This document shows, piece after piece, positions 51,445-62,623 of a stretch of 64,000 nucleotides of DNA. The stretch's first letter is position 1, and each line of letters begins with the position of its first letter. The notes beneath the pieces were generated by a model. It saw only the letters and a program-made list of their open reading frames with translations, had not been told where the DNA came from and did not search any database. The DNA comes from an uncultured delta proteobacterium (lineage in GTDB: Bacteria; Desulfobacterota; Desulfobaccia; Desulfobaccales; 0-14-0-80-60-11): the NCBI GenBank assembly GCA_963812015.1, contig CAWETI010000003.1:416001-480000 (forward strand). The letters run 5' to 3'. A program made the translations under genes and the position numbers.

Positions 51445-52185
51445 TTACTTGCACCTGGCGCACTTGAGGGCCATTTGGGCCATTTTGCGGCGGACGAAGG
51501 CCAGCTGGCCCTGGAGGGGAATCTCCATGGGGCAGAGGTCGTCGCAGGCCATGAGGCCGATGCAACCGAAGACGCCCTCATCGGTGCCCACCACGTCGAA
51601 GTACTGGGCCGTGGGGCGCTCATCCCGGGGGTCGATCATGAAGCGGGCGATGCGGTTCAAGAAGGCGGCGCCCATGAAGTCGGCCCGCATGTTGGCGGTG
51701 GCGCAAGCGCCGATGCAGCAGCCGCATTCGATGCAGCGCTCATTTTCGTAAATCGCCAGGGCGGTGGGGTTGTCCATGCGCTCCTCGATGGACTTGGGGT
51801 CGAAGACCTTGTCGGTGTGAATCCAGGCCTCGGTGCGCACGTTGAGGTAGCGGAACCAGACGCCGGTGTCCACGGAGAGGTCACCCACCAGTTTGAAGAT
51901 CGGCAGGGGCATGAGGGTGATCTTGTCCGGCATAGCCTGGGTCAGGGTCTTGCAGGCCAACCCCGGCCGGCCGTTGATGAGCATGGCGCAGGAGCCGCAG
52001 ATGGCCGCCCGGCAGACAAAGTCGAACATCAGGGAGGGGTCCTGCTCCTCCCGGAGGCGGTTCAGGGCGATGAAGAGACTCATGCCCATGGTTTCCTCCA
52101 GCTGATATTCCTGCATCCGGGGAGGAATTTCGGGGGTGGTGGGATTGTACCGAAAAATAGAGAAGGTAAGGAGTCGTTCGGCCAT
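51445..52185 (-). CDS. frdB: Fumarate reductase/succinate dehydrogenase iron-sulfur subunit
   Basis: CRAAICGSC, CIECGCC..AC, C.....C...CP. Confidence 0.93.
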   Translation of the reverse strand: MAERLLTFSIFRYNPTTPEIPPRMQEYQLEETMGMSLFIALNRLREEQDPSLMFDFVCRAAICGSCAMLINGRPGLACKTLTQAMPDKITLMPLPIFKLVGDLSVDTGVWFRYLNVRTEAWIHTDKVFDPKSIEERMDNPTALAIYENERCIECGCCIGACATANMRADFMGAAFLNRIARFMIDPRDERPTAQYFDVVGTDEGVFGCIGLMACDDLCPMEIPLQGQLAFVRRKMAQMALKCARCK

Positions 52186-52267
52186 GATAAAAATCCTTTG
52201 GTGTTATGGAGATTGGGGGAGGGGGCTAAGGGCTTTTCGTAAGTGCCCTTACCCCCTCCCCCAAAAA

Positions 52268-54085
52268 CTAATCGCCCTTTTCTATAGGCATTTCGCCGTA
52301 GCCTCGGGAGCCCGGGGGCAGTTCGGTGATGTTCACCGGCTCGTACTGGAGGTCGGGCATGGGGGCGCCGGGTTTCCAGTAGGCCAGGGTACGTTTCAGC
52401 CAATTGTCGTCGTCCCGCCGGGGGAAGTCCTCACGGTAGTGGCTGCCCCGGGATTCGGTGCGCTGCAAGGCGCCGTAGGAGATGCACAGGGCCAGGCGGA
52501 GCATGCCGGGGAGGCGGAGGGCGGCCAGGAGTTCAGGGTTGGGCCCCAGGCCGCTGGAGCGCAGCCGGACCTGCAGGGACCGCGCATACAGGCCCTGAAG
52601 GGTGGTCACCGCTTCCTGGAGGGCGTCATGGTTGCGGAAGATGCCCACGTTGCGGGTGAGGGTTTCTTCCATCTGGCGCCGCAGGGAGTAGGCGTCTTCG
52701 GAGCCGTTTTTGCGGCTGCGGAGGTCGGCCAGGCGCTGGGCCTGGGCGGCCATGGCGTCTTCCACCAGGGAGAAGGGGAACATCAGGGACTGTTCCTGAG
52801 CAAATTCAGTTACCCGTTCTCCTACCACCATGCCGGCGACGATGGTTTCGGCCAGGGAGTTGCCGCCCAGGCGGTTGAAGCCGTGCAGGTCCCAACAGGC
52901 GGCTTCGCCGGCGGCAAAGAGACCCTTCAAGCCATAGACCTCGCCGTTCTTGTTGGTGCGCACGCCGCCCATGGAGTAGTGCTGGGTGGGCCGCACCGGG
53001 ATGAGGGCTTCCACGCAGTCGATGCCCAGGAAATTTTGGCAGATGGTATGGACTTCCCGGAGGTTGGTGCAGATGTGCTCCGGGCCCAGGTGGCGGATAT
53101 CCAGCCAGAGGTGGGGGCCGTAGGGGCTGTCCACGCCGAATCCCTGGCGGATATGGTGCAGCATCCAGCGGCTGACCACGTCCCGGGAGGCGATTTCTTT
53201 TTTCACCGGCTCATAATCGGGCATGAAGCGATGGAGATTTTTATCCAGGAGGATGCCGCCGTCTCCCCGGCAGCCCTCGGTGACCAGGATGGCGGCGGGG
53301 ACGATGCCGGTGGGGTGAAACTGCACCGCCTCCATGTTGCCCAGGGGCACCACGCCGGTGTCCAGGGCGATGGACATGCCGGTGCCTTCATTGATGACGG
53401 CGTTGGTGGAGACGCCATACATGCGCCCGTAGCCGCCGGTGGCGATGACCGTGGCCTTGGCCAGGTAGGGGCGGAGTTCGCCGGTGCGCAAGTCCATGGT
53501 GACCGCGCCGCAGCAGGTGTCGCCGTTTTGGATCAGGCTGATGGCTTCGCAACGATCATGCACCGTCACCCCCAGCTTCACCACCACGGAATCCATGGCG
53601 TACTGGAGGACGTGGCCGGTGCCGTCGGCGGCGAAGCAGGTGCGCCACTTGGCGGTGCCGCCAAACTGGCGCTGGGCGATGAGGCCGGCCTTCTCCTGGA
53701 GATCCTCGATCTCGGTGCCGTCGGGGAGAGTTCTCTTGCCAGGGATGACCCGGGACCAGGGCACGCCCCAATAGGAAAGCTGGCGCACGGCCACGGGAGC
53801 CAGTTCGCAGAAAAGCCGGGCCACTTCCTGGTCACAGCCCCAGTCGGAGCCTTTGACCGTATCGGCAAAGTGAATGTCGGCACTGTCACCGTAGCCCTCG
53901 GCCACGTTCCCCAGGGACGCCTGCATGCCCCCCTGGGCGGCGGTGCTGTGGGAGCGGCGGGGCGGCACCAGGCTCAAGATCGTGACACTGTGGCCGTTCA
54001 TGGCGGCTTCGATGGCCACCCGTTCGCCGGCTAAGCCGGCCCCGATGACCAGGACATCTGATATGTGTGCGTCGGACCAGTTCAT
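52268..54085 (-). CDS. frdA: Fumarate reductase flavoprotein subunit
   Basis: GAGLAG, SHSTAAQGG, QFHPT, EGCRGDGG, HYSMGG, HGFNRLGGNSL, ESRG.H. Confidence 0.95.
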   Translation of the reverse strand: MNWSDAHISDVLVIGAGLAGERVAIEAAMNGHSVTILSLVPPRRSHSTAAQGGMQASLGNVAEGYGDSADIHFADTVKGSDWGCDQEVARLFCELAPVAVRQLSYWGVPWSRVIPGKRTLPDGTEIEDLQEKAGLIAQRQFGGTAKWRTCFAADGTGHVLQYAMDSVVVKLGVTVHDRCEAISLIQNGDTCCGAVTMDLRTGELRPYLAKATVIATGGYGRMYGVSTNAVINEGTGMSIALDTGVVPLGNMEAVQFHPTGIVPAAILVTEGCRGDGGILLDKNLHRFMPDYEPVKKEIASRDVVSRWMLHHIRQGFGVDSPYGPHLWLDIRHLGPEHICTNLREVHTICQNFLGIDCVEALIPVRPTQHYSMGGVRTNKNGEVYGLKGLFAAGEAACWDLHGFNRLGGNSLAETIVAGMVVGERVTEFAQEQSLMFPFSLVEDAMAAQAQRLADLRSRKNGSEDAYSLRRQMEETLTRNVGIFRNHDALQEAVTTLQGLYARSLQVRLRSSGLGPNPELLAALRLPGMLRLALCISYGALQRTESRGSHYREDFPRRDDDNWLKRTLAYWKPGAPMPDLQYEPVNITELPPGSRGYGEMPIEKGD

Positions 54086-54741
54086 GACAGACCTTTGGGA
54101 ATGTTACGGAAATAGAAGACCAACAGGGTCAGGAAGCCCAACCCCACGAGGCCGATGGTGGCGTAGACCAGGTAAGCAGTGAATTTGCGCCGGTGAATCC
54201 AGCTCCACTTCACCAGGATACGGTATAGGCCCACCATGGCATGGATTTCGCCGGCCACGATCAGGAGGACAAAGTTGGAGAAGTAGCCTCCCTGAATCCG
54301 GGCGGCGCTGGTGGCGGCCGAGATGGGCCAGGTGACCAGGACGCTCCAGATGTGGGTGGAGGCCAGGACCAGGATGATCAGGCCGGTAAGGATCTGGACG
54401 CCCCAGGCCCAGGTATCCAGATGGGCCAGGCGGCGGGAATGCTGCACGAAGACGCGCATCTCCTGGAACTTCCAGGGAGCCTTGCGTAGCGCCACCAAGC
54501 CGTGGACCATGATGGCCAAGATGACGAGGGCAATACCCACATAGGAGATATAGTACTCATCCATGCGGGCGGAATCCCGGTTGAAGGCGTCAACCCCGAG
54601 AATGATGCTGGAAACCGCAAAGAGATGGAACTGGATAAACCCGAGCAAGATCAGGCCGGTGGTCAGTTCCAAGAGTTCCATGCGGGCTTCCAGCTTAGGA
54701 CTTTTAGCCAGAAGTTTTTGTAAAATCACGGGAGCACTCAC
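54082..54741 (-). CDS. frdC: Fumarate reductase cytochrome b membrane anchor
   Basis: 5 TM helices with conserved His; H...GLYR...KW; upstream of frdA. Confidence 0.88.
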   Translation of the reverse strand: MSAPVILQKLLAKSPKLEARMELLELTTGLILLGFIQFHLFAVSSIILGVDAFNRDSARMDEYYISYVGIALVILAIMVHGLVALRKAPWKFQEMRVFVQHSRRLAHLDTWAWGVQILTGLIILVLASTHIWSVLVTWPISAATSAARIQGGYFSNFVLLIVAGEIHAMVGLYRILVKWSWIHRRKFTAYLVYATIGLVGLGFLTLLVFYFRNIPKGLS

Positions 54742-55258
54742 TTAAGTTAAATGTGAAATTCTTAGCAAGCTCAGATTTTAACTATATTTGAGGGAAAAAT
54801 CATTGTCAAAGATTTTCTCCCCAGGGGGGACAAGGGGCCGGGAGGTGAGAACAATTGCCTCGGCAAGCAGCGTCCAACCCTGGCTGCGGCCACGAGCCCT
54901 TTTGGTCAGGCCCAGAGTGAGAACTTTTGGGCTGATCATTAGAGGACTTTAACAATGGGTTTTCCGAGTTAGTGGCCAAATTTTATCAGGCGGGCCGGGG
55001 CCGGCAAATCAGATAATTGATGATTTCCTTGTCAAAAGTTTTCTTACACAGGGGATATTGGCCGGGGAGTCCTTGGTGGGCACAGCAGGCGGTGGTCCTC
55101 TATGTTATTGGCAAGAAAAGATTCTTCGCTGCGCTCAGAATGACCAACTGGCGCAAAAAGAGGTTTTGAACGGGGTTATAGAGTCTGATGCCAGCGGGTT
55201 TGGGATGGCATCGGGAGCGAGTTGGGCGGGGCGACGCCAGCCAAGTTCCTTCAGCTTT

Positions 55259-56086
55259 TCAGGCGGAGGGAAACCAGAAGGCCAGACCGATGATGAGGGC
55301 GGCCAGAAGGAGGCGGTAGACCGCGAAGGGGATGAAGGTGTGGCGCTGGAGAAAGCGCAGCAGGTACTTGATGGTGAGGTAGCTGGAGATCACCGCGGCC
55401 AGGAACCCGAGGGTGGCGGGAAGGAGGGGGAGGGTCCCGGCGGGCTCATGGAGCCACTTGGGGATGTGGTGGAGGCCGGCGCCGGCGATGATGGGGGTGC
55501 ACATCAAAAAGGAGAAATGGGCGGCGGAACGGCGGTTGAAGCCTAAAAACAGGCCGGTGGTCATGGTGATGCCGCTTCGGGAAACTCCGGGCATGATGGC
55601 GAGGGCCTGGGAGAGCCCGATGAGCACGGCGTCTTTCAAGGTGATCTGGTCCAGGCGGCGGCGATGCCGGGCCAGGATTTCGCCCAGGATCAGCAGCAAC
55701 CCCACGGCGCCCAGGAGAATGGCGATGCGGGTCGGCTCCCGGAAGATGGTTTCGGCTTTCTTTTCCAGCAGCACCCCAGCCAGGGCCCCGGGGATGGTGG
55801 CAATGATGAGAAAAAAGAGCATCTTGCGCTCAGGGCGGTTGTACCGGGACGGGGAGATGAAGGCGTGGGCCATGTCCAGCCAATCCTGGTAGAAGTAGGC
55901 CACCAGAGCCACGAGGGTGCCGAGGTGGAGGAGGATGTCGAAGCCCAGGCCGCCGGCAGTTACGTGGAGATAGTGCTCCAAAAGGGCCAGGTGGCCGGAA
56001 CTGGAAACAGGCAGGAACTCGGTGATACCCTGGACGACGCCGAGCAGGAGGGCGATGAGGGGGTGCATAATTGGGGAATGTATCAC
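55259..56086 (-). CDS. uppP: Undecaprenyl-diphosphate phosphatase
   Basis: QGITEFLPVSSSGH, PGVSRSG.T, F..YR. Confidence 0.95.
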   Translation of the reverse strand: MIHSPIMHPLIALLLGVVQGITEFLPVSSSGHLALLEHYLHVTAGGLGFDILLHLGTLVALVAYFYQDWLDMAHAFISPSRYNRPERKMLFFLIIATIPGALAGVLLEKKAETIFREPTRIAILLGAVGLLLILGEILARHRRRLDQITLKDAVLIGLSQALAIMPGVSRSGITMTTGLFLGFNRRSAAHFSFLMCTPIIAGAGLHHIPKWLHEPAGTLPLLPATLGFLAAVISSYLTIKYLLRFLQRHTFIPFAVYRLLLAALIIGLAFWFPSA

Positions 56087-56149
56087 GGGAACTAGCCGCA
56101 GGCAATCTGAAAGGTGGCTGCCAAGGAAAAGATTGCAGGTTGTGAGGTA

Positions 56150-56320
56150 TAGGGAATGCCAAAAGTTTTTTCTGTTATCGGCAATGCTGCAAAAGCCAAA
56201 ATCCCCCCTAACCCCCCTTTGTCAAATGGGGGGACATTGCGGAATCATTTGAAAAGACCCCCTTTGCAAAAAGGGGATTTAAAAATCAGCGAGCGGAATG
56301 AATTTGTGACAAACGCTATT
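56150..56320. repeat. MITE-like repeat, inverted relative of 2148-2330
   Basis: agggaatgccaaaagtttt ... aatttgtgacaaacgctat ends; C/G-run hairpins. Confidence 0.65.
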
Positions 56321-56507
56321 AGGTGGAGGAGACGAATGGCGGTGCGGTTTCGGTGGGGCGCGGCCCAGGCTGAGAGCCTGCGCCACCGGGTATTGGGGGA
56401 GCGACCGGATAAAATTTGCCCTCAAGAAAATTTTGGCAAGAGGCTCAAACGATAAGAAAATTTTCCTGGGGCCGCCCGGCAAATCACCCTGCCACGGGCA
56501 GGGACGA

Positions 56508-57425
56508 TTATGGCGACTTGGCCACGGTGACGGTGACGGTGGCGGGGCGGGAGCCCAGGAGGCTGACGCCGCCGGGCAATTCTGCGGAGACGTTGAGGCG
56601 GTGACGGCCAGGGGACAGATTCCGGGTGTCCACCCGGGCCTTGAGGTCGTCGGGCGTGAGTTCTTGGACCAGGGGCCAGGGGCCTTTAATGACAAGGTTG
56701 ACCAGGGCCGGCGTGACTTTGGCCGGTTGGGGGTCGGCGAGTACGGTAACCCCGGAAAAAGTCCGGGTAAGGGTTTTGGGGCCGATCTGGATGTCCGCCA
56801 GGATGGGGACCGGCTCTTTCAAGGCCAGGTGAAAGTTCTTGAAATCCAGGTCCGTGGCGATGATGGTGTGTTCCTTGAGGTGGGACAGGTCGATGGGGAG
56901 GGTGGGAATAAAATTCAACTCGGCCAGTTCCGAGTAAGGCCCTTTCACCATTACCTGGACCGGCCGGATTTGGACGCTGATGACCTCGTAGCCTTCGGGA
57001 GGTTTGTTGTCCAGGATGGGCTTGACGGGCAGGGTTTGGGTCATGGTGGCGGCTAAGGTCAGGTTGATGGGATTGGGTTGGATGCGAATGACCTGGACCC
57101 CCCGGGGAAAGGAAAAGCTGTTGGGGCCGAGAGAGAAGGTGTGACGGCCGCTCTTATAGCCGGTCAAGTCCATGGTCTGGGTGAGGCGGGTCTGGGAGAG
57201 ATTATTGACAATGGAGCGGGGGCCGACCACCCGGACCTGGATGGCCGGGGGCACCTCGTTGATGGCCATGAGATTTTTGTGCAGGTTGGCCAGCTCCAGG
57301 GCCATGGTGATAGTGGTCTCGGTGCGTTCCTCACCGCTGACGGTGAACCAGAGGGCAATGGCCAGTAGGAGGGAAAAGAGTTTCAGGAGCCTATGGCGTT
57401 TTAACGTACCGAACCAGCTTTTCAA
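56508..57425 (-). CDS. cdaR: CdaR/YbbR-family regulator
   Basis: N-terminal TM LK.FSL.LA..LW, repeated YbbR domains; overlaps cdaA. Confidence 0.82.
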   Translation of the reverse strand: MKSWFGTLKRHRLLKLFSLLLAIALWFTVSGEERTETTITMALELANLHKNLMAINEVPPAIQVRVVGPRSIVNNLSQTRLTQTMDLTGYKSGRHTFSLGPNSFSFPRGVQVIRIQPNPINLTLAATMTQTLPVKPILDNKPPEGYEVISVQIRPVQVMVKGPYSELAELNFIPTLPIDLSHLKEHTIIATDLDFKNFHLALKEPVPILADIQIGPKTLTRTFSGVTVLADPQPAKVTPALVNLVIKGPWPLVQELTPDDLKARVDTRNLSPGRHRLNVSAELPGGVSLLGSRPATVTVTVAKSP

Positions 57426-58194
57426 TCCAGTTTCCTTTATGATTAGCCGGAGTTTCCAGCAGGTCCCTGAGGGCCTGACGCAGTTGCAGCCGGGTAAGAT
57501 CGCGTCGCAGTTTTCCCCCGTAGGCCAGGGAGATCTGCCCGGAGGTTTCGGAAACCACCAGGGCCAGGGCATCGCTCTGCTCGGAGACCCCGACTGCGGC
57601 CCGATGGCGGGTGCCCAGAGTGGGGTCCAGGTCGGGATTGCGGGACAGGGGCATCAGGCAGCCGGCGGCCAAGGCCCGGTCCCCCTGGAGGATAACGGCG
57701 CCGTCATGGGTGGGATTGTGGGGCCAGAACAGAGCGACCAGCAACTCCTTGGTGACCAGGGCGTCCAGCTTGATGGCTCGTTCGAGAAAATCCGACAGGC
57801 CGATATAGCGCTCCATGACGATGAGGGCGCCGATGCGGCGGCTGGCCAGGGTGTCGGCGGCATCGCATACTTCTTCAACGGTGAGGGGGGCCTGGAGGCC
57901 GCCAGGGGTCAGGGCCTTTTTGCCCATGCTACTGAGAAACCGGCGGATATCGGCCTGGAAGAGAATGATGACAATGAGCACAAAGCTCTTGACGATGATG
58001 CCCAGGAGCCATTCCAGGGTAAAAAACTCCAATTGGCGGGCCACCACATAGGCGATGAACAGGAGGAAGAGCCCGGCCAGGACCTGGGTGGCCTGGGTGC
58101 CGCGCAGCACCAGCACTATCTGATAAATGATGATGGCCACCAGGATGATATCCACACCATCCTGCCAGCGCAGGTTGCCTAGAAATTGCCACAT
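57391..58194 (-). CDS. cdaA: Diadenylate cyclase CdaA/DacA
   Basis: 3 TM, HDGAV, GTRHRAA, VSE.SG. Confidence 0.93.
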   Translation of the reverse strand: MWQFLGNLRWQDGVDIILVAIIIYQIVLVLRGTQATQVLAGLFLLFIAYVVARQLEFFTLEWLLGIIVKSFVLIVIILFQADIRRFLSSMGKKALTPGGLQAPLTVEEVCDAADTLASRRIGALIVMERYIGLSDFLERAIKLDALVTKELLVALFWPHNPTHDGAVILQGDRALAAGCLMPLSRNPDLDPTLGTRHRAAVGVSEQSDALALVVSETSGQISLAYGGKLRRDLTRLQLRQALRDLLETPANHKGNWIEKLVRYVKTP

Positions 58195-58368
58195 GGTCGG
58201 AGCGAGGGCGAATCCTTTCCGGAGATGGCAGGTGATCCGGGGGCGAAGGCATACTGGCCCCTCCGGTCATCTCCAACTTAATCCTTTTGAAGGGTTCAAG
58301 CCAGGAAATGTTAAGAGCGTCAGTAAAAAAAATCCGCCGGCGGTACGGGACACCTGGGCCGGGAGCTT

Positions 58369-58489
58369 TTATGCCAAGTTGCCGTCAAACAAGTAATAAT
58401 CAGCATGGTAAGGGCGGTTCGCGAACCGCCCCTACAGGGGTTGCTATCATAAAGTCATAATTAGCTTTTTGACGGCAACTTGGTAGTAA
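58369..58489. repeat. MITE-like element enclosing a REP hairpin
   Basis: IR ccaagttgccgtcaaa / tttgacggcaacttgg; inner agggcggttcgcgaaccgccc. Confidence 0.65.
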
Positions 58490-58620
58490 TATTTCCAGGA
58501 GTTAGTATAAATTTCGCCTCCCCTGTTTTAAAGGGGGGGAATAACTGCGTCGGCTGATGAGACGCTTACTTTGAGATCCTTCGCTTCGCTCAGGATGACA
58601 AAAAACCGTGATTCGGTAGC

Positions 58621-59517
58621 CTAACGAGGAGCCGTGCCGGCCGGGGCTGCGCGAATCGCCTCCAGCACGGCCAGGAACTGGCGGGCATAGGCCACGTTAT
58701 GGGTGCGGACGATGCGGGCGCCGCGCATCACCGCCACGGCCAGGGCCGCCAGGGAGCCGAGGTCCCGTTCTTCGCCGGCGGGGAGGTCCAGGATATGCCC
58801 GATGAAGGCTTTCCGGGAGGCTCCCACCAGGATGGGGGCGCCTAAATCCAGGAAAACATCCAGGTGGTTCAAGATCTCCAGGTTGTGTCGCCAGGTTTTG
58901 CCAAATCCGATCCCGGGGTCCAGGACCAGCAGATCGGCGGGGAGGCCCTGGGAGACGGCGAAGTCCAGACGTTCCCGGAAGAAGTCGTGGACCTCCCCCA
59001 GCAGGTCATCATAATGGGGTTGCCGCTGCATGTCCCGGGGGGTGCCCTGCATGTGCATCAGGACCACCGGCGCTTGCAGCTCCGCAGCCAGGGGGGCCAT
59101 ATCCGGGTCGAAGCGGAGGGCGCTGATGTCATTGATCAGGGTGGCTCCCGCCTTGAGGGCGGCCCGGGCCACCGGGGCCTTGTAGGTGTCGATGGAGATG
59201 GGGACGGGAATTTCGGGGGTCAGGGTCTCGATGACCGGCAGGACGCGGCGGAGTTCCTCATCCAGGGAAACGGGATCGGCAAAAGGCCGGGTGGATTCGC
59301 CGCCGATATCCAGGATGTCGGCCCCGGCCGCCACCAGGGCCCGGGCCTGGGCCAGGGCCGCGGCATGATCAAAGAAGCGGCCGCCGTCGGCAAAGGAGTC
59401 GGGGGTGACATTGAGCACCCCCATAATCAGGGGGCGGGAGGCAGCCAGCAGCGCCGTCCAAACATGACGGCGCTCCGGAATCCCCGCAAGGCCGGAGGGG
59501 TGCGTCAGGCCCGACAT
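58621..59517 (-). CDS. folP: Dihydropteroate synthase
   Basis: MGVLNVTPDSF.DGG, GGESTRP, DPGIGFGK, SRK. Confidence 0.95.
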   Translation of the reverse strand: MSGLTHPSGLAGIPERRHVWTALLAASRPLIMGVLNVTPDSFADGGRFFDHAAALAQARALVAAGADILDIGGESTRPFADPVSLDEELRRVLPVIETLTPEIPVPISIDTYKAPVARAALKAGATLINDISALRFDPDMAPLAAELQAPVVLMHMQGTPRDMQRQPHYDDLLGEVHDFFRERLDFAVSQGLPADLLVLDPGIGFGKTWRHNLEILNHLDVFLDLGAPILVGASRKAFIGHILDLPAGEERDLGSLAALAVAVMRGARIVRTHNVAYARQFLAVLEAIRAAPAGTAPR

Positions 59518-59519
59518 GC

Positions 59520-61394
59520 TTACGCCTGCTGGAGGCCGAGGGGTAGTTGGGGGGCGATTTCCGGGGTTTCCGGAGGTTCGGCCGGCTGCTTAAAGGAGTC
59601 CAATATCCGGTCGATTTCGGGGCTGTCCAGGGTCTCCTTTTCCAGGAGGGCCTGGGCCAGGGCTTCCAATTGGGCCCGATGGGTGGTCAGCAGATCCCGG
59701 GCTTGATTATAAGAATTGAAGACCAGGTTCTTAATGGCGTGGTCGATGACCCGGGCGGTCTCCTCACTGAAATCCTTGGCCTGGGAAATCTCCCGGCCCA
59801 GGAAGATGTGTTCGTCCCGTTTCCCAAAGGTAACGGGGCCCAACTCGTCGCTCATGCCCCAATTGCACACCATCTTGCGGGCCAAATCGGTGGCCCGTTC
59901 CAGGTCATTGCCGGCCCCGGTGGTGAAATGCTGGAAGACCAGTTGTTCGGCGGCCCGGCCCCCCAACAGAACCGTCAGGACATCGACGAGATACTCTTTG
60001 GGATAGGTGTGCCGTTCATCCAGGGGCAATTGCTGGGTGAGCCCCAGGGCCCGCCCCCGGGGGATGATGGTGACCTTATGGATGGGGTCGGCGCCCGGAG
60101 TGCATTTGGCCACCAGGGTATGGCCGGCCTCGTGATAGGCGGTGTTGAGGCGTTCCCGTTCAGTCAAGATGAGGCTGCGGCGTTCCGTGCCCATGAGGAC
60201 CTTATCTTTGGCCTGTTCGAAGTCGGGCATGGTGAGCGCGTCACTGCCGCGGCGAGCGGCGAACAGGGCGGCTTCGTTGGCCAGGTTCTCGAGGTCGGCG
60301 CCGGAAAATCCGGGGGTCCCCCGGGCCAAGATGGACAGGTCCACCGTGTCGGCCAGGGGAGTGCGGCGGGTATGAACTTTGAGGATGGCTTCCCGCCCCT
60401 TGAGGTCGGGGATGGGGACCACCACCTGGCGGTCGAAGCGGCCGGGCCGCAGCAGGGCGGGGTCCAGGACGTCCGGGCGGTTGGTGGCGGCGATGAGGAT
60501 AACCCCTTCATTGGCCTCAAAGCCGTCCATCTCGACCAGGAGTTGATTCAAGGTTTGTTCCCGCTCATCGTGGCCGCCGCCCAAACCGGCGCCCCGATGA
60601 CGGCCGACGGCATCAATTTCATCGATAAAGATGATGCACGGGGCGCTCTTCTTGCCCTGGATGAACAGGTCCCGCACCCGGGCGGCGCCGACGCCCACAA
60701 ACATCTCGACGAAATCGGAGCCGCTGATGCTGAAGAAGGGCACGCCCGCTTCTCCGGCGATGGCCCGGGCCAGGAGGGTTTTGCCGGTGCCCGGGGCGCC
60801 CACGAGAAGAACCCCTTTGGGAATGCGGCCCCCCAGACGGGTGAACCTCTTGGGATCTTTGAGGAAATCGATGATCTCGGACACCTCTTCCTTGGCTTCC
60901 TCGATGCCGGCCACATCAGCGAAAGTGATCTTGACGGTATTTTCGGTCATGAGGCGGGCCCGACTTTTGCCGAAGGACATAGCTTTACCGCCGCCGGACT
61001 GCATCTGGCGCATGAAGAAGATCCAGATGCCCACCAGGACCAACATGGGCAGCCAGGAGATCAGCAGGGTGGTGTACCAGGGAGAATCATCCTTGGGCTT
61101 GGCGGTGATCTCGACCTTCTTGGCCTGGAGGAGCTTGATCAGATCCGGGTCGGTGGGGGCGTAACTCTTAAAGGCCTTGCCCTCTTCCATTTCGCCGTTG
61201 ATTTCATCGCCCTGGAGAGTGACCTTTTTGACTTTGTCACCCTTCACCAGATCGATAAATTTGCTGTAATTGATGGTGGCCTTGCCCCGGGCGTGCTCCA
61301 CGCTGTTGAAGTAATTGAACAGGAAGATCATTACCAGGGTGATGAGCAACCACAGGGCGATATTCTTGTAAAATGGGCTCAAACGGTTATTCAT
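59520..61394 (-). CDS. ftsH: ATP-dependent zinc metalloprotease FtsH
   Basis: 2 [27 protein letters not shown]. Confidence 0.97.
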   Translation of the reverse strand: MNNRLSPFYKNIALWLLITLVMIFLFNYFNSVEHARGKATINYSKFIDLVKGDKVKKVTLQGDEINGEMEEGKAFKSYAPTDPDLIKLLQAKKVEITAKPKDDSPWYTTLLISWLPMLVLVGIWIFFMRQMQSGGGKAMSFGKSRARLMTENTVKITFADVAGIEEAKEEVSEIIDFLKDPKRFTRLGGRIPKGVLLVGAPGTGKTLLARAIAGEAGVPFFSISGSDFVEMFVGVGAARVRDLFIQGKKSAPCIIFIDEIDAVGRHRGAGLGGGHDEREQTLNQLLVEMDGFEANEGVILIAATNRPDVLDPALLRPGRFDRQVVVPIPDLKGREAILKVHTRRTPLADTVDLSILARGTPGFSGADLENLANEAALFAARRGSDALTMPDFEQAKDKVLMGTERRSLILTERERLNTAYHEAGHTLVAKCTPGADPIHKVTIIPRGRALGLTQQLPLDERHTYPKEYLVDVLTVLLGGRAAEQLVFQHFTTGAGNDLERATDLARKMVCNWGMSDELGPVTFGKRDEHIFLGREISQAKDFSEETARVIDHAIKNLVFNSYNQARDLLTTHRAQLEALAQALLEKETLDSPEIDRILDSFKQPAEPPETPEIAPQLPLGLQQA

Positions 61395-61624
61395 TGGGTC
61401 CTTAAACGCAGGCAAACGCCAGAGAAATTTCAATTATATAGATTTTACCCTACATATTTTACGTTTCATGGGGGAAAAATGCAAGGTGAATTGTGAGGTT
61501 GGCTTAATTGGGGCGGGGGAGAGAGCCAGGGCCCCAGGCTGCACGCCTTCCCCCTGCTGAAGGGAAAGGCCCGGGCCTGGGGCCGGTGGGGGTCATAATC
61601 AACCCGGTGGGCGGTTAAGAGGGC

Positions 61625-61810
61625 CTAAAACTTCTCTCCCGGAAACAGACTGGCCAGGCTTTCCCGGGGGATGCGCCAGGGGCTGCGGCCCCACTTGACT
61701 CCGGCGATCCGGCCGTCACGCATCATCCGGTAGACGGTACGCCGGGAAATAACCAGGATCGCGGCCGCCTCATCCGGCCGAAAAAACCGCTTTTGGTGTA
61801 ATAATTCCAT
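61625..61810 (-). CDS. HTH_17/excisionase-like DNA-binding protein
   Basis: FRPDEAA.IL.ISRRTVYR...G......WRIP. Confidence 0.8.
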   Translation of the reverse strand: MELLHQKRFFRPDEAAAILVISRRTVYRMMRDGRIAGVKWGRSPWRIPRESLASLFPGEKF

Positions 61811-62031
61811 CTTTCAGCCTCCCTGCTGTTTTAGATTGCTCTTCCTTAAGGGTTTTGAGGTTCTTGAGATGCAAGGGGCACGCCAGGTTGCGGCGGCTAA
61901 GGATTAAAGGAAGAAACAAGCATCGTTGGTGGGCTTGAGGACACGGCGGCCGGGCCAGGCGCTTCATGGTTTCGGGCGACCCGGCGGGTCGCCCCTGCAA
62001 GCCATTTCAAAACCTGGATTGATGGAGAATG

Positions 62032-62108
62032 GTCATTCTGAGCGTAGCAAAGAATCTCGTGGTTTTAATAAGTTGAGATCCTTCACTCCGTTCAGGATGA
62101 CAAAAAAG
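62032..62108. repeat. Palindromic dispersed repeat (half copies at ~55120 and ~58573)
   Basis: gtcattctgagcgtagcaaagaatctc ... gagatccttcactccgttcaggatgac. Confidence 0.65.
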
Positions 62109-62623
62109 CAGGTTTTGAAATAGCTTCTAGGGGTCACATCCCCAAGGCAATCCCTTCACGACACGCAAGCATAACTGATTGAATTCGCCCGGGAGGCCCA
62201 TCAGCAGATTACTTTACCCCCCACTATTAGCGGGATTTTCGCCCTTTACCCCTAGAGATTGGGAAAATCCCCCTAGACCGGTTGCACCGGGCGTGGCGCC
62301 TGGTATCCTACCCTTCCCGTCAGGCTGCCGGGGCCGATGATTATTGGGCGCCCCAGTGGTTTTTCCCTGAGCCGACCCCCAAGCCGGAGGTCGGCCGCCT
62401 GAAGCAGTGCACGAAAGAGGCCAAGGACCGCGGCTGGGCCTACCCATGCGGCCTGAAGCCGGGGGAATCGCGCCGCCATGATGATGCCATGGGCACGGTG
62501 TGGTTTGGGTCCTTGGCGGCCGGCAAACCGCAGGATATGGGACAGGAGGAGACAGGTGTCTTACGGGTTGCACGAATCTTGAAAGGGGTTAGAGGCACTG
62601 TGCCAAAAAAGGGAGGCAAGGCA

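Noticed and set aside
52136..54034. 632-aa plus-strand ORF
   Set aside because: Antisense shadow of frdA in high-GC DNA
59547..61496. 649-aa plus-strand ORF
   Set aside because: Antisense shadow of ftsH; likewise 47471-50285 and 57172-58182 shadow real minus-strand genes
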